A DNA stretch of 64,000 nucleotides from Mytilus edulis (GCF_963676685.1 NC_092346.1:19902001-19966000); one strand, 5' to 3'; positions 26,818 through 38,041 are shown, numbered from the stretch's first letter. The notes: generated by a model from the letters alone, not told the origin. Numbers and translations are program-made.

Positions 26818-28135
26818 CTAATGTACTATATATTAGAAGAGTAAAGTACAACTTAAAAAAAAACATTGTTCTGATTAATTGATTACAAAACATCTTACAA
26901 AATAAGGATGATATATAGCTTACAGATTACAAACTTATAAAATAAATGAGAGCATTTTAGATTAAATCTCAAAATGTTTGTTCAATGTAAAAATAATAAA
27001 TTAAATGATCGCAGGAGTTGGTTCATTGAAGTTGAATTTTGGCTATTTATATATCAAATATGCACATAATTAAGGAAATGCTTGAAAAATAAAAACAACC
27101 CAATGAATAGGAAAAGGTTTTAAGTGATAAAACTTCACAGACGTTTTATATCTGTAGTATCTAAATACCAACTAGATTTTTGAATGTGCACATATATATT
27201 ATAGTTCTGGATTTCATGGATCGAAGCTAACTGCAAATTCATATTCATAGAAAAATTTGTTGCTTTGGCAGGAGTTAGCAACAGTTTTTTTTATGTTTGA
27301 TTACTTTGATAGCTTATGAAGAGGAACAGGGAAGTAACTCTTCTTGTGATTATGAATTATCTACCTTGGATTTTTTTTTATTTGTAGGATACTAATTTTG
27401 TAGATTTTATTAGTCAGGTTTAATAGTAGAGGCAAACCTCAAATTTAGTTTCTAAACTAGATACAATATTCGAAGCTGCTTGAATTAGAACAGATGAACA
27501 ATTGAAAAAAATAAAATTGGCAGTTATTTTTTAACAATGTTTCATTCATTATGATCATTGAATGGACACATATATTCTTCTGATTCATTTACATTAAAAA
27601 AATATGTGCCAGATTAAGTTCTTAACTTAATTTGTTAATCTTAAATGTATCTGTAGATATTTTTGGGACATAATAAGTGGCAAATATTCAGCACAATAAA
27701 AATAAAGTTAAATGTCAAGATATTTTAATGGTATGATTGCCGAAAAATACGGCATATATATAAGTTTTAAATGTATTACTAGTACACTTTTGATTAAAAA
27801 CACAGACAAAATGAATCACAATTAGATATCAAATGATCAAATTAAGTTTAAGTTTCAACTTTGGATGAGAGTCTCATCCAATTCAAAAACATTCATCTTC
27901 CCTCCTTCCCCATCACACAGAACCCCTAAAAGCTAAACTTGGATTCTTTGAATTACCATACAGTGTGCAACATAATGATTCCTACATGTATTTATTCAAC
28001 AAATCATCCATTAAATAACAATGGGCCTTTGATATTTTGTCTTGGTTACTGCCTTTGTTTCAAATGAAACCAAGCTATAACGAGGTTTGGGATATAAAAC
28101 AATAGTTATCAAAGGTACCAGGATTATAACTTAAT

Positions 28136-28179
28136 ACGCCAGACGCGCGTTTCGTCTACATGAAACTCATCAGTGACGC
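28136..28179 (-). ncRNA. Minimal type I hammerhead ribozyme in a short PLE-like repeat (28101-28183)
   Basis: Minus strand: GCGTCA-CTGATGA-GTTT catgt AGAC-GAAA-CGCGCG-TC-TGGCGT; complete core, stems I and II pair, palindromic stem III. Confidence 0.85.
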
Positions 28180-28344
28180 TCATATTAAAATATTAAAAAA
28201 ACAGCAGTTTGATCTGAAAACAGGTAAAGTTTTGTTACAGCACATCTTGAAATAACTGTATAATGCCATATTCTCTAAACTTTTTTGAGGAATTTTCCAG
28301 AAATAGCTTTCAAATCTTCCCAACATATAACATGTATAAACAAC

Positions 28345-29723
28345 CTAATCTTCATCATCTATGTTGGTTAGCATACAGTACTCAGTATCTGACATTTTAT
28401 CTTTTTCCTTTTCTGAACCTCTAAAGAATTTGCGATTATACAAAGACAGTGCTACAATTAACAAAATCAATCCACAAAGACCAAATATGATCATGAATAC
28501 ATTGCTGGTAGTAGGATATTTACCATAAACCACTTCCTTGTGTACGTCTATTTCCCACAGGTCGCTAAGCAACCCATCTTGTCCATTTGTATCATGTCCA
28601 ATGCCTCCGAAAATGTGATGAAAATTGTGGTTCCTGTTGAATGACATAAATCCTGTTCTACTTCCTGGATAACGTTCTGAACTGGACTCCCCATATTTTC
28701 CACCTGTGTTTCCATATTTGTTGCCACCCATCCATGACCACATTTTGAAAACAAATTCATACCGCCATAAATCATTTAATAATCTTCCTGGTTTAAAAAC
28801 TGTGACAGATTCAGCTGTGGAATCTGATCCATCTCCACCAAACATCCATAGATTTCCATTGGTATCCACCCATCCTGTGGCCTTGACCCGGCATCCAGGC
28901 CAGTTGTCTTTACCGGCAACTTGGAAATGACCATAATAGCCATGATGACATACATTGTCAAAACCACCAATCTTTGTCCAAGAATCTTTTCCAATATCAT
29001 AACTCCATAGATCATTAGCATATTTGCCATCAATATTTGTCTCACCTGAATCTATTACAGCAGTATTGCCACCGAACAAATATAAAGACCCTTGATGAAA
29101 GGTTGTTGCCCCACTACGAGGTTTGGGATATGAAACAATTGTTTGACCAAAACTGTTTGATGGATATTTTTTGGAGCTTTCCATTTCACTCCATTTTTGG
29201 TTTACCAAAGAAAAAGACCACATATCATGTAATGCTTTGTGTTCTGCATTTCTTCCTCCAAATATGATTAGCTTAGTGCTTGTGCACCAACTTGACTGGT
29301 GCCCTCGTCCTGGTGGATGGCTGCTTGTTGAGCTATTGCCTGACAACATAAGTTCTTCCCATGAATTGTCTAATATATTGTAAATCCAAGTATCATCTAG
29401 TTTTTTACCATCTTGATCAATACCGCCAAAAATAACAATCATTCTTGATGGTATGCCACATATTGAAGGTGAGTAACGAGGTGATGGTTTATTTTTAGAA
29501 ACTGGTTTTAAAATACTCCAGTGGAATGTATTGACATCTAGTACCCATAAATCATTGGTGAGAGCAAATTCCTTTGATACACTGTTGTAGGACCATCCAC
29601 CAAACAGATATGACTTTGTGCTATCATCGAACCACCATCCACCTTCCGCTCGGGATCCTGGGGACATCTCCGTTGCTGAGACATTTGCTGTCTTTTCTCC
29701 ACCATGCCATACAATATCTATAT
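28345..29723 (-). CDS. Kelch-repeat type I membrane protein, exon 2 (six blades, TM, cytoplasmic tail)
   Basis: Acceptor cttgtag| at 29724-29725; six FGG...D(L/T/M)W blades; TM VFMIIFGLCGLILLIVALSLY followed by NRKFFR; tail with YCML. Confidence 0.9.
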
Positions 29724-30662
29724 CTACAAGATTTAAAAAATATGTTGTCTACTAAATAGTGATTTGATAACCATCTATAACATGTTTTGTTTGATAAAAG
29801 TTAATTGTGAATTTAAAGCTTGCAAGCAGATTTGAGCAAAACCACAAAATTACATATCAATGAAAATATAATTGTTCATAATTCCACGAAAATTGGACGG
29901 TATCCTAAAAAAATAAGGAATCCACATGTACAGTGCCTATATTAATAATAATACCAAACAGAATGATCAGAATCTCTTCTTGAAACAATTTGTTCTGAAT
30001 GTTACCTTATGGTGCAATATTTTCTGGCATTTTTTGTTAAGACCCTTAATGTTTTTGTGTTTAACTGAGATCTGATCTAAACTAAAATGTGATTGTCAAG
30101 TTAAATTGAAACAAAAGAAGCATACATCTCATTATTGATTGAGGAAAAACCATTTAATATAAAAAATATATATATATACAGTCATAATGATATATGACAA
30201 AACAAGGTTTCATGTAATCAGTATGGGTCCAGTGACTATATCATCCATGCCATCTTTGATAAAAAAAAAAAACAACCCCATCAATGCTAAACCTACATGT
30301 AGGAGGACATGTACTTTACAGTTAATGTTTTGAATAAATATTAATACTTTCAATATAATTTACTTCAATTTACTTCAATTTTTGTTTTTAAAAGAATTGA
30401 AAATATACATGTATTAATAATTATTAATCAACTATTTCATACAAGCATTTTTTTTTATTCAACATTTATTCTTGTAAGTCAACTTGTACTTGAATAAAAA
30501 TAGAAAATAGAACCCGTAAAAGCCAATATGATATTCATGGGTTTTAATTTCGTTAAAAAATATTTTTGCATTTATCAACCATATCGTCATGATCGTTGCC
30601 ACCTGACTGTCTTTTTTCGACTCAAAGATTTTGATGTGCTTGAAAACACATTTCTAATTTTC

Positions 30663-31089
30663 ATACATCTTATCGATACTTGTCTACCATTACTGGACAT
30701 CACAAAGGTTACTGTAAAATTTTGATGTAACAATAGAAAATGTCTGACGCCACAAAGGTGACAATGGAAAGGCGATTGTTGTAGGCCCTCAAAATTTCAA
30801 GCATTGCAGATTCTTGGGTCAACCTGTACAGATTTCCAAATACATGTAGCAATAAGGTGTATCAAAAAAGTACTGTATCACAAACAGGCATGAAGTAGTT
30901 GAAGTACTAGTACAGTCTAAAACATGCATGATACACCATTGCTATTTTGGAATCTGTCCTGATTGAACTATTGACACCATACAACAATCACTATTCCATT
31001 GTGGCGTCAAGAATTTTGTATTATTAGGTCAACATTTTATCGGAACCTTTGTGATGTCCAGTAATGGAGGACACAGCGATAAGGTGTAT
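30663..31089. mobile_element. Two oppositely oriented copies (~30663-30863 and ~30931-31089) of the MITE family at 32620-32795
   Basis: Both share ccattactggacatcacaaaggtt and atacaccttatcg-type ends. Confidence 0.7.
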
Positions 31090-31401
31090 GAGGGTAGAAA
31101 TGCCCTTTACCATCAGGCGTCAAATGGTCATTTTTTACTACCATTAACCTCAAAATTGGATAGAATTTTAGCTTGATTCGTCAAAATATCCTTGGCGTGA
31201 TTCGTCAGGATCTCAATTAATTATCATCACTGTCATTTTGGGAAAAATATTAACGTGATTCGTCAAAATCAATCGATTTTTATATCGTCTGAATTAAAAG
31301 TGTACATTTTATCATCATGTACCAAAAATTACCATTAACGTCATTAGGCAAAATTTTTTACCGTCATTCGTCATGGAGGTATCCCTATTTATACCACCCT
31401 C
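31090..31401. mobile_element. MITE-like element with internal tgattcgtca repeats
   Basis: Ends gagggt.../...accctc; repeated (g)tgattcgtcaaaa motifs. Confidence 0.5.
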
Positions 31402-31581
31402 GCTGATGGGCGATTTATTTTTTTTTTAACATAAAACAATTGCAGTTTATAAGGAATTATTTTTTACCATCATTTTCTCATGGATCATGGACATACTAAG
31501 TTATAAATTGAAAACTATCCTCATTTTGACCTTGTTTTTGATATTTTGTTTTTTATTTTAAAATCGGAGATTTGCTGTTAC

Positions 31582-31642
31582 CTGCTGTTTGGATACTGGG
31601 TGTAAGGATGGCTATAGTGATGAGTAATTTCATGTTGTTCAT
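31582..31642 (-). CDS. Kelch membrane protein exon 1 (signal peptide)
   Basis: MNNMKLLITIAILTPSIQTA + G|gtaac; phase 1 joins exon 2 in frame (…TA-D-IDIVWHGG…), total 479 aa. Confidence 0.75.
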
Positions 31643-31793
31643 CTTATAGATCATCTGTCAGTTATTCTAGAAGTAGAAAGAAGAATTTCAAAATTTCTTT
31701 TTTGGTTGGCAGAGTAAACATTATAATTTGCGTAGTTTGCAAGGTAAAAGTCCGAGGACGAAGTCTACACAAATGACATTTCCGGCGTAAACT
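31643..31793. promoter_or_regulatory. Compact bidirectional promoter (kelch gene / ZFYVE21)
   Basis: Divergent ATGs 151 bp apart; ETS-like ATTTCCGG at 31778-31785. Confidence 0.7.
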
Positions 31794-31913
31794 ATGGCCG
31801 CCCCTGAAAAGAAACTTGTTCGATCTAAAAGTGGTCTTCGTATGGTGACAGTCGACGACGAGGAAACTAGTCCATTTCTTTTGATGGAACCCCCGTGGGT
31901 CCCTGATAATGAG
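31794..31913 (+). CDS. ZFYVE21: ZFYVE21 exon 1
   Basis: MAAPEKKLVRSKSGLRMVTVDDEETSPFLLMEPPWVPDNE|gtaaac vs human KKLVRSPSGLRMV...SPFGLEEPQWVPDKE. Confidence 0.95.
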
Positions 31914-32092
31914 GTAAACAGCACTGTTTGGCATTCTATTATTTACTGACTAATTGTTGTTGAAATTCTGTTCCTGTAACATGATAGTCATTGATACACC
32001 TCTTAGTCTCACCATTTAACACAAGCCCACAGTTAAGAGGGTTAAAGTTTTCATAAGGACTTGACAACAGATCAGATATTTTTTTTTAATAA

Positions 32093-32606
32093 AGTGGGTT
32101 CGTGGCCAATGGCTATAGTGCTGATGGTCACAAGTTTGATTCAAACTCTGGGCGCTACATGAGAAGTTCACCCTCCTACAGGCTACACACATCTCTGGTA
32201 CCAAGATTGGAGTTTGAATTAGAATGGGTATTTTAAAGGCTTCGGTTGGTCAAGTTGCGCGGAACCATGAACATTCAGTATTGAATCCGGTTCCTTACCT
32301 GGAAGAAAAAGAAGAAGAAGTTTGCGCGGACTTTGACCTGGAGATCAATTTGCTGATATCAGTTTGATGTATCTGTTCCCACTGAGCAGGCAGTTGTTAA
32401 GCCCAGTACTTTGGCTTCCTACAACATTATAACTGACTCTGTCTGATGTCCTAACACTCTCTAATGTTTAGGTTGGGATTGTAAATATGCCAGTGACACA
32501 TCTCGATAGGGAGTGTACACAGATTCCACTGTACCCTCACAGCTCTTGACGGGTGCTCCATGAACAGAGGAATATATGTACATACATACATACATACATA
32601 CATACA
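32093..32606 (+). mobile_element. Possible tRNA-derived SINE ending in (TACA)n
   Basis: A-box-like tggccaatgg, B-box-like gattcaaactc, and a (TACA)n tail at 32578-32606. Confidence 0.35.
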
Positions 32607-32619
32607 AATGCACATAGAC

Positions 32620-32795
32620 AATACACCTTATCGCTATTTGTCCGCCATTACTGGACATCACACAGGTTCCTGTAAAATTTTGACGATATAATACAAAATA
32701 TCTGTTGCATCAATGAAAAAGTGATTGATGTATGACGTCAATAGTTCAAGCCAGACAGATTCTCGGGTTAGCTAGGAATAGCGATAAGGTGTATT
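32620..32795. mobile_element. MITE with 19-bp TIRs
   Basis: aatacaccttatcgctatt / aatagcgataaggtgtatt. Confidence 0.8.
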
Positions 32796-33037
32796 AACTG
32801 GCTGTATAATATCTGACCTGAAGTCTAGCCGCTTGGTATTTTATACTTTAGCAAGTTTTACTTTCCAAATTTGATTACAATGATACTCTTTAATTATCTG
32901 TTACATGTACATACTATTCATATTTACTAGATTAAGATTCTTTCACTTTAACATATTTCTTTATTTTTTGGTTATGGACTACTTTCAGATTGGTTCACTT
33001 TCCCATTAGTTTCCTACATTTGTACATGTACATTAAT

Positions 33038-34356
33038 CAGGGGCGTAGCTATAAAGAAACGATGTGGAAGCAACTATTGCCGAGCGGAGCGAGGCGAAAA
33101 AATTTTGGGACCCTATTATGCAGATTTTTTTTTTTCGGTTTTCGGTCATTGGACGGTTAAAAGAGGAGCTATATGTAGATAAAAATTTATGAATGTAAAA
33201 CTATTAATAAATCTTCTGAATATAGTAATACATAAACAGCACATATTTGTGATACAGAATTTACTCAAAATTGTCCAAAATCTGCTCTTCGGGTCTGGGC
33301 AGAAACAAACTTCTCTATTACTTTGTCAACATTCACACTGAAATCCCGATGAATATGCAGTAATGCTATGTATCTTTCGTTGTTCATTGTTGATCGTACA
33401 TTTGTTTTCAATTACATGCGTAGTACCGTGACTGATAGATCTCAGGGCCATCATGGCATGGTAGCACTCGCGAGATGTTATAAACCAGCGTTCGTGTTCG
33501 GCATTAAGCGACCTCCCAATTGAATTCGTCAAAATTACATGCAAGGTCAGTTTCGTATGTTTCAGACAATATTGAGATTTGTTCGTTTGTGATATTTCCT
33601 ACAACACGATGAAGCAGATACAGCACAAAGAAGCGATTTTCAGATAACTTGACGCGACTCCACTCTCCAGTTGCCTTATCATATGGTCTATGAACGCAAA
33701 AAATAATGAGACTTTCCAATACTGTTTTGGCGTGGTTGCAGGGTGATTGGCTCCGGTAGTCTGTCAACCACATCGCCTCGGCATATTTTCAACGATATCG
33801 AAGGGATCTGACAATTCTAATGTCGATTGGTACATCTCATTCCAAACTGATGAACTGTTCACTGTAAAATGTGCTCCAAAACTACATATCTTAGACTGAG
33901 TATTACAAATTCAAAAGTAAAAATCCTGTTAAAAAATACAAGTAACCTTCCGATTTTGTCATAATCTCTAAATTTTTTTTAATTTTGAAACCAAATGACA
34001 TTATTTAATGACATTTCATCAATTAAAAAAAGTGGCAACATAGGTGTTTCCTTTAACATTCAATTTATAAATTTTTATTTAGCGATTTCTTTTTTTGCAT
34101 GCCGAATCAATGTGCAAGCAACTTCGGAGCTACGATCTTCAAGTTTTCTGAATGAACAGCTTCATCAACACTTGTAACTAGGTTGTCAAACTAATATCCG
34201 GGATAGACGGAAAGACACCAACAGTCTCCGATTCCGATTGACCAACTCATCTCTCTCTCTTCTGCTTTTTTTTATTTTTTTATTTTTTTATTTTTTTTAT
34301 TTGTGAAAACGACGTGGATGCACGTGCTGTCGTGCCTCCGGGTAGCTACGCCCCTG
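33038..34356 (-). mobile_element. Internally deleted hAT-family DNA transposon
   Basis: TIRs caggggcgtagcta / tagctacgcccctg; TTAAT on both flanks; minus-strand remnant LKTNVRSTMNNERYIALLHIHRDFSVNVDKVIEKF (hAT C-terminal dimerisation domain) at ~33265-33412. Confidence 0.85.
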
Positions 34357-34518
34357 TTAATCCTATATACATTGAATTGTATAAACTTTCCTCTTATGAA
34401 AAAGTATTTTTAAGAGCCCTATATATAATTTTTAAAAGTAAACTCTGTATAGTATGTAAGTTGTCTTATTTTTCTGTTGAAACATGTATCATATATTATT
34501 TAATTGTGTATCTTTCAG

Positions 34519-34572
34519 TGTGATTGTTGTCAGAGTTGTAGAGGCAAGTTTGATTTCCTCAGGAGAAGAAAG
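34519..34572 (+). CDS. ZFYVE21: ZFYVE21 exon 2
   Basis: tttcag| CDCCQSCRGKFDFLRRRK |gtgggt (FYVE N-part). Confidence 0.93.
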
Positions 34573-34635
34573 GTGGGTTGGAAGAAAAATTAAACATTTT
34601 TTTTTAAAATGTAGAGAGTCTTATAACAACAACAC

Positions 34636-37368
34636 TATCGTAAAGTGGTTTTACTAAAAACTGCATGTAATAACAAAGACGTCTAAACTGTATGAATTTG
34701 TATTGATGACTAAAGTACAAGATAACGTCATAAGTAAACGACGTAGGATATACAACAATGCCGCGTTACGTTAACGTTCTCTTCTGTGCGTGATTTCCAA
34801 CATTCTCCGGCCCACGAAAAGTGAAAATATAAAACTTGTAAAATAATTAAAGTCTCTTTGTTAAAATAATAAATATGAAATTAACTTTAAAGTCCATCAT
34901 AAATTAAATCTTAACCACAGTTTGTTATAGTACGGTGTCATTTATTTCACGTTCTTTTTTCTTGTAAGTTTCTCCCTGTAATCCAATTTCTGATATAAGT
35001 TGAGCTGTTTGAACTGAGATTTTGATTTTCCCATTCCTTGTAAATCCTCGTAAAAGCGTTTGTTTTTGTTACTGTCTCTTGTCCACATTAAAGCTGATTT
35101 GTCTGTTTCATTTACTTTTAACGGATCAGTGGTTCTTTGTTTTGTCCTTGAAGTGTCTACAATTGTAGAAATGTGTTCAATGTTAATAGTATTCCTCTCT
35201 GTTTCATCATCGGTAGTGTGCGTCTCTTCTGTTTCTCCTAAATTTGTAGTACGAAAGGGTGTTTCGTTGATTGAATTGGTTCTTTTGAGTGGTCCTGAGA
35301 GTAGGTATCCTAGTTTGGACTTTACTGCTGTTGGTCCCTCGCCCCTAATGATATCATCCTCGACGATATCCCAGTATTGGTCAGCTCCAACAAGCAGTCC
35401 AAATTCAAATGATGTATCCTCAGTTACGGCGTGTGCTAATTTTACGTTTTGCAAATACGGCAACTGTTTTGTAGTTTCAATGTTTGTCTTAAATGGTGCG
35501 GCGATTTTAGGTACAATCAAAACCTCGACTGGTATTTCTTGGCCATATATAGTTTGTATCGTCACAGTTGCTGTGTTTAGCTGTTGAATAGAGTTGTTCT
35601 CATTATCGTCTCCAAATCTCGATAGGGTAATTGCTTCACTTCCTGTGGTTTTTAACTCCAATTTCTCTGCTAAATGTCTTGTAATAAATGACCTTGAGGC
35701 GCCTTCGTCAAAAAGAATCTTTGCATCAATCGTTTGGTCTTTGTAGCTTAGTGGTGCTATTGCGGTCTTTAATAAAACATTTGGACGAGCACAATTTAAA
35801 GATGAATATAAAACAGAAGTCTCAGATTCCTCCGCGTTGTGTTTTTGTACTGTACTTGTACTACTTGTACTTGTAGTTTCTTTATCATGATCGTTGTTGC
35901 ATAGGCTTGTGTGGTGACGTCTATCACATTTCTTGCAGTTTGATTTAGATTTGCAATCTACTACGCGGTGTCGCCCTAAGCAATTAAAGCACAATCTATC
36001 TTCTTTAACAATTTTCATGCGGTCATGCTGGTCTGTATATTTAGTACATTCTGACGAAAAGTGGGGTTCCTTGCAGTATGCGCAGCTAATATGAAAAGAT
36101 TTCTGTGGTGAATTGGTTTTTGGCCAGTTCTCGCGAGATTTTGTGTTTGTGTAGAATGTAGCTGTAGTACTAGGACTTTCAAATGATTCTGTACTGCTAC
36201 CAGACTCTAAAATTGACAGTTCCTTAAAAATAGATCTCCTAAGATCACCAAGATACCAATCTGTTGAACCGTGCTCACGTGTTAAGTTTTTGCGTATTTC
36301 ACTGGGCATTTTGTTGAGTATGACTGGTACTAATAACGAGCCGTATGAGTCTTGAACTTGTCCGAGAGATTCAAGGCCACGTATGTATGTTTCTGTCCTG
36401 TCGTAGTAGCTTCTAAGGTGCGTAAGCGTATTCTTTGGTGCGGGTATGTCTAGTAGTGCTTGCATGTACGATTGAATGATCTTATGTTTTTGTCCGAATC
36501 TTTCATGTATGAGTTCAATAGCTTTGTTGTAGTTTGTGTGTGTAAGAGCAAATCCGGCAATGGTGTATGACGCTTCTCCTTCTAGTAAAGATTTTAGGTA
36601 GTTGAACTTTTGAACGTCGGTTAGAGTGTTGTTGTTGTGAATTGCGGAATCAAAAGAATCCCAAAAGGATTGCCATTCAAGTACGTTTCCGTCAAATGTA
36701 GGTAAATTCAATTTCGGTAGTTTATGAAAGTTGCTGCTATTGACGCTTGAATTTGAACGTAAAGACGTGAAATTGAGGTCAGTATTTTGTGAGTCATCTC
36801 TTATGCTATATACAGGACCAACATTTTGAATGGGTTGCAGTATCTCATTGTGTGGCGAAAAACTTCTAGCGGCTGCATTTAAATTTGATGTTTGAGCTTG
36901 AATAAATTTACGAATTTTGCGTATTTTCGTCTCTAAATTAAATTTATACTCATCTGTGTCAAGTATCTCTTGCTCTATATCCTCCTCTTGTACACTATCC
37001 AAAATGTTCTTATCCAAATCCTTTAGAATATCTTGCTTTTCCTTCAATGTATCCAAAATTGTTTCTAACTCGTCCTCTTCCGGTTTATCTTCTGTTTCAC
37101 TTCTCTCCTCAAATCTTCTTAAAATCCTAGAAACTGCGCTTCTGTGTCCCGCTCGAATAGATTTAAGCTTTGTAGTCATCTTCATCTGGTCACGGTACCA
37201 ATATCGTAAAGTGGTTTTACTAAAAACTGCATGTAATAACAAAGACGTCTAAACTGTATGAATTTGTATTGATGACTAAAGTACAAGATAACGTCATAAG
37301 TAAACGACGTAGGATATACAACAATGCCGCGTTACGTTAACGTTCTCTTCTGTGCGTGATTTCCAACA
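34636..37368 (-). mobile_element. BEL/Pao LTR retrotransposon, non-autonomous, 2733 bp
   Basis: Identical 167-bp LTRs (34636-34802, 37202-37368); 5-bp TSD AACAC; PBS TGGTACCGTGACCAG (tRNA-His-like); purine-rich GGGCCGGAGAA before the 3' LTR. Confidence 0.95.
34942..37185 (-). CDS. BEL/Pao Gag-protease polyprotein (747 aa), no RT/RNase H/integrase
   Basis: KLPKLNLPTFDG...WQSFWDSF (DUF1759-type Gag); knuckles CAYCKEPHFSSEC, CFNCLGRHRVVDC, CKKCDRRHHTSLC; protease LFDEGASRSFI and LLVGADQYW...SKLGYLLSGP. Confidence 0.93.
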   Translation of the reverse strand: MKMTTKLKSIRAGHRSAVSRILRRFEERSETEDKPEEDELETILDTLKEKQDILKDLDKNILDSVQEEDIEQEILDTDEYKFNLETKIRKIRKFIQAQTSNLNAAARSFSPHNEILQPIQNVGPVYSIRDDSQNTDLNFTSLRSNSSVNSSNFHKLPKLNLPTFDGNVLEWQSFWDSFDSAIHNNNTLTDVQKFNYLKSLLEGEASYTIAGFALTHTNYNKAIELIHERFGQKHKIIQSYMQALLDIPAPKNTLTHLRSYYDRTETYIRGLESLGQVQDSYGSLLVPVILNKMPSEIRKNLTREHGSTDWYLGDLRRSIFKELSILESGSSTESFESPSTTATFYTNTKSRENWPKTNSPQKSFHISCAYCKEPHFSSECTKYTDQHDRMKIVKEDRLCFNCLGRHRVVDCKSKSNCKKCDRRHHTSLCNNDHDKETTSTSSTSTVQKHNAEESETSVLYSSLNCARPNVLLKTAIAPLSYKDQTIDAKILFDEGASRSFITRHLAEKLELKTTGSEAITLSRFGDDNENNSIQQLNTATVTIQTIYGQEIPVEVLIVPKIAAPFKTNIETTKQLPYLQNVKLAHAVTEDTSFEFGLLVGADQYWDIVEDDIIRGEGPTAVKSKLGYLLSGPLKRTNSINETPFRTTNLGETEETHTTDDETERNTINIEHISTIVDTSRTKQRTTDPLKVNETDKSALMWTRDSNKNKRFYEDLQGMGKSKSQFKQLNLYQKLDYREKLTRKKNVK

Positions 37369-37401
37369 AACACTTTAGGGACTGCTGCAGAAAATTTATT
37401 G

Positions 37402-37440
37402 ATCGACATGTTTCGGTGCCTAGGGCACCGTCATCAGGAT
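37402..37440 (-). ncRNA. Minimal type I hammerhead ribozyme (PLE type)
   Basis: ATC-CTGATGA-C-GGTGCC cta GGCACC-GAAA-CATG-TC-GAT. Confidence 0.7.
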
Positions 37441-38041
37441 AAAAACAATACATAAAATCATGTTGAAGTACAAAATCGGGTTGTTAAAATTTAAACGTCA
37501 CAATGTTACAATGGTAAGTAACGTTATTAATAGCAACGTACTGAAAGTGAAAGTGAAACACATAGTTAAAATTCAACATAGACTAGTGATATTTATACTT
37601 TGTCCTTTACTTTCGGTGACCGAAACATTTTACAGCATTCCTGACGCGATTGGAAGCAGTACCTCTGGCCAAGGGAAGCCAGTCGAAATGGTACGGAATT
37701 GCTGATAAAATGTCGTCTATTTTGGGGAAGAAAGTTAACAGAACATTCAGACCACACAACCTATACAGTATATACACAGCCTGACAACTTATTGTATTAT
37801 TCTTTCCACGATGCAAGAGAACAAACACATGTTGGCAGAATAATTTTAGCAAACATTTTCACAACAAAAACATTTTATTTTAATTTCTTTTTATAGTTTA
37901 TTTACCATGTTTACATACTTACAATGAACTTTCACTTTCAGTACGTTGCTATTAATAACGTTACTTACCATTGTTACATTGTGACGTTTAAATTTTAACA
38001 ACCCGATTTTGTACTTCAACATAATTTTATGTATTGTTTTT

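Noticed and set aside
35060-35587. 175-aa plus-strand ORF (and 36917-37252)
   Set aside because: Antisense shadows of the Gag-protease ORF with no motifs.
34942-37242. Domesticated Gag gene, or the 766-aa start given by the ORF track
   Set aside because: Identical LTRs and a TSD show a recent insertion; the track start is a non-ATG codon inside the LTR, and the first ATG is 37185.
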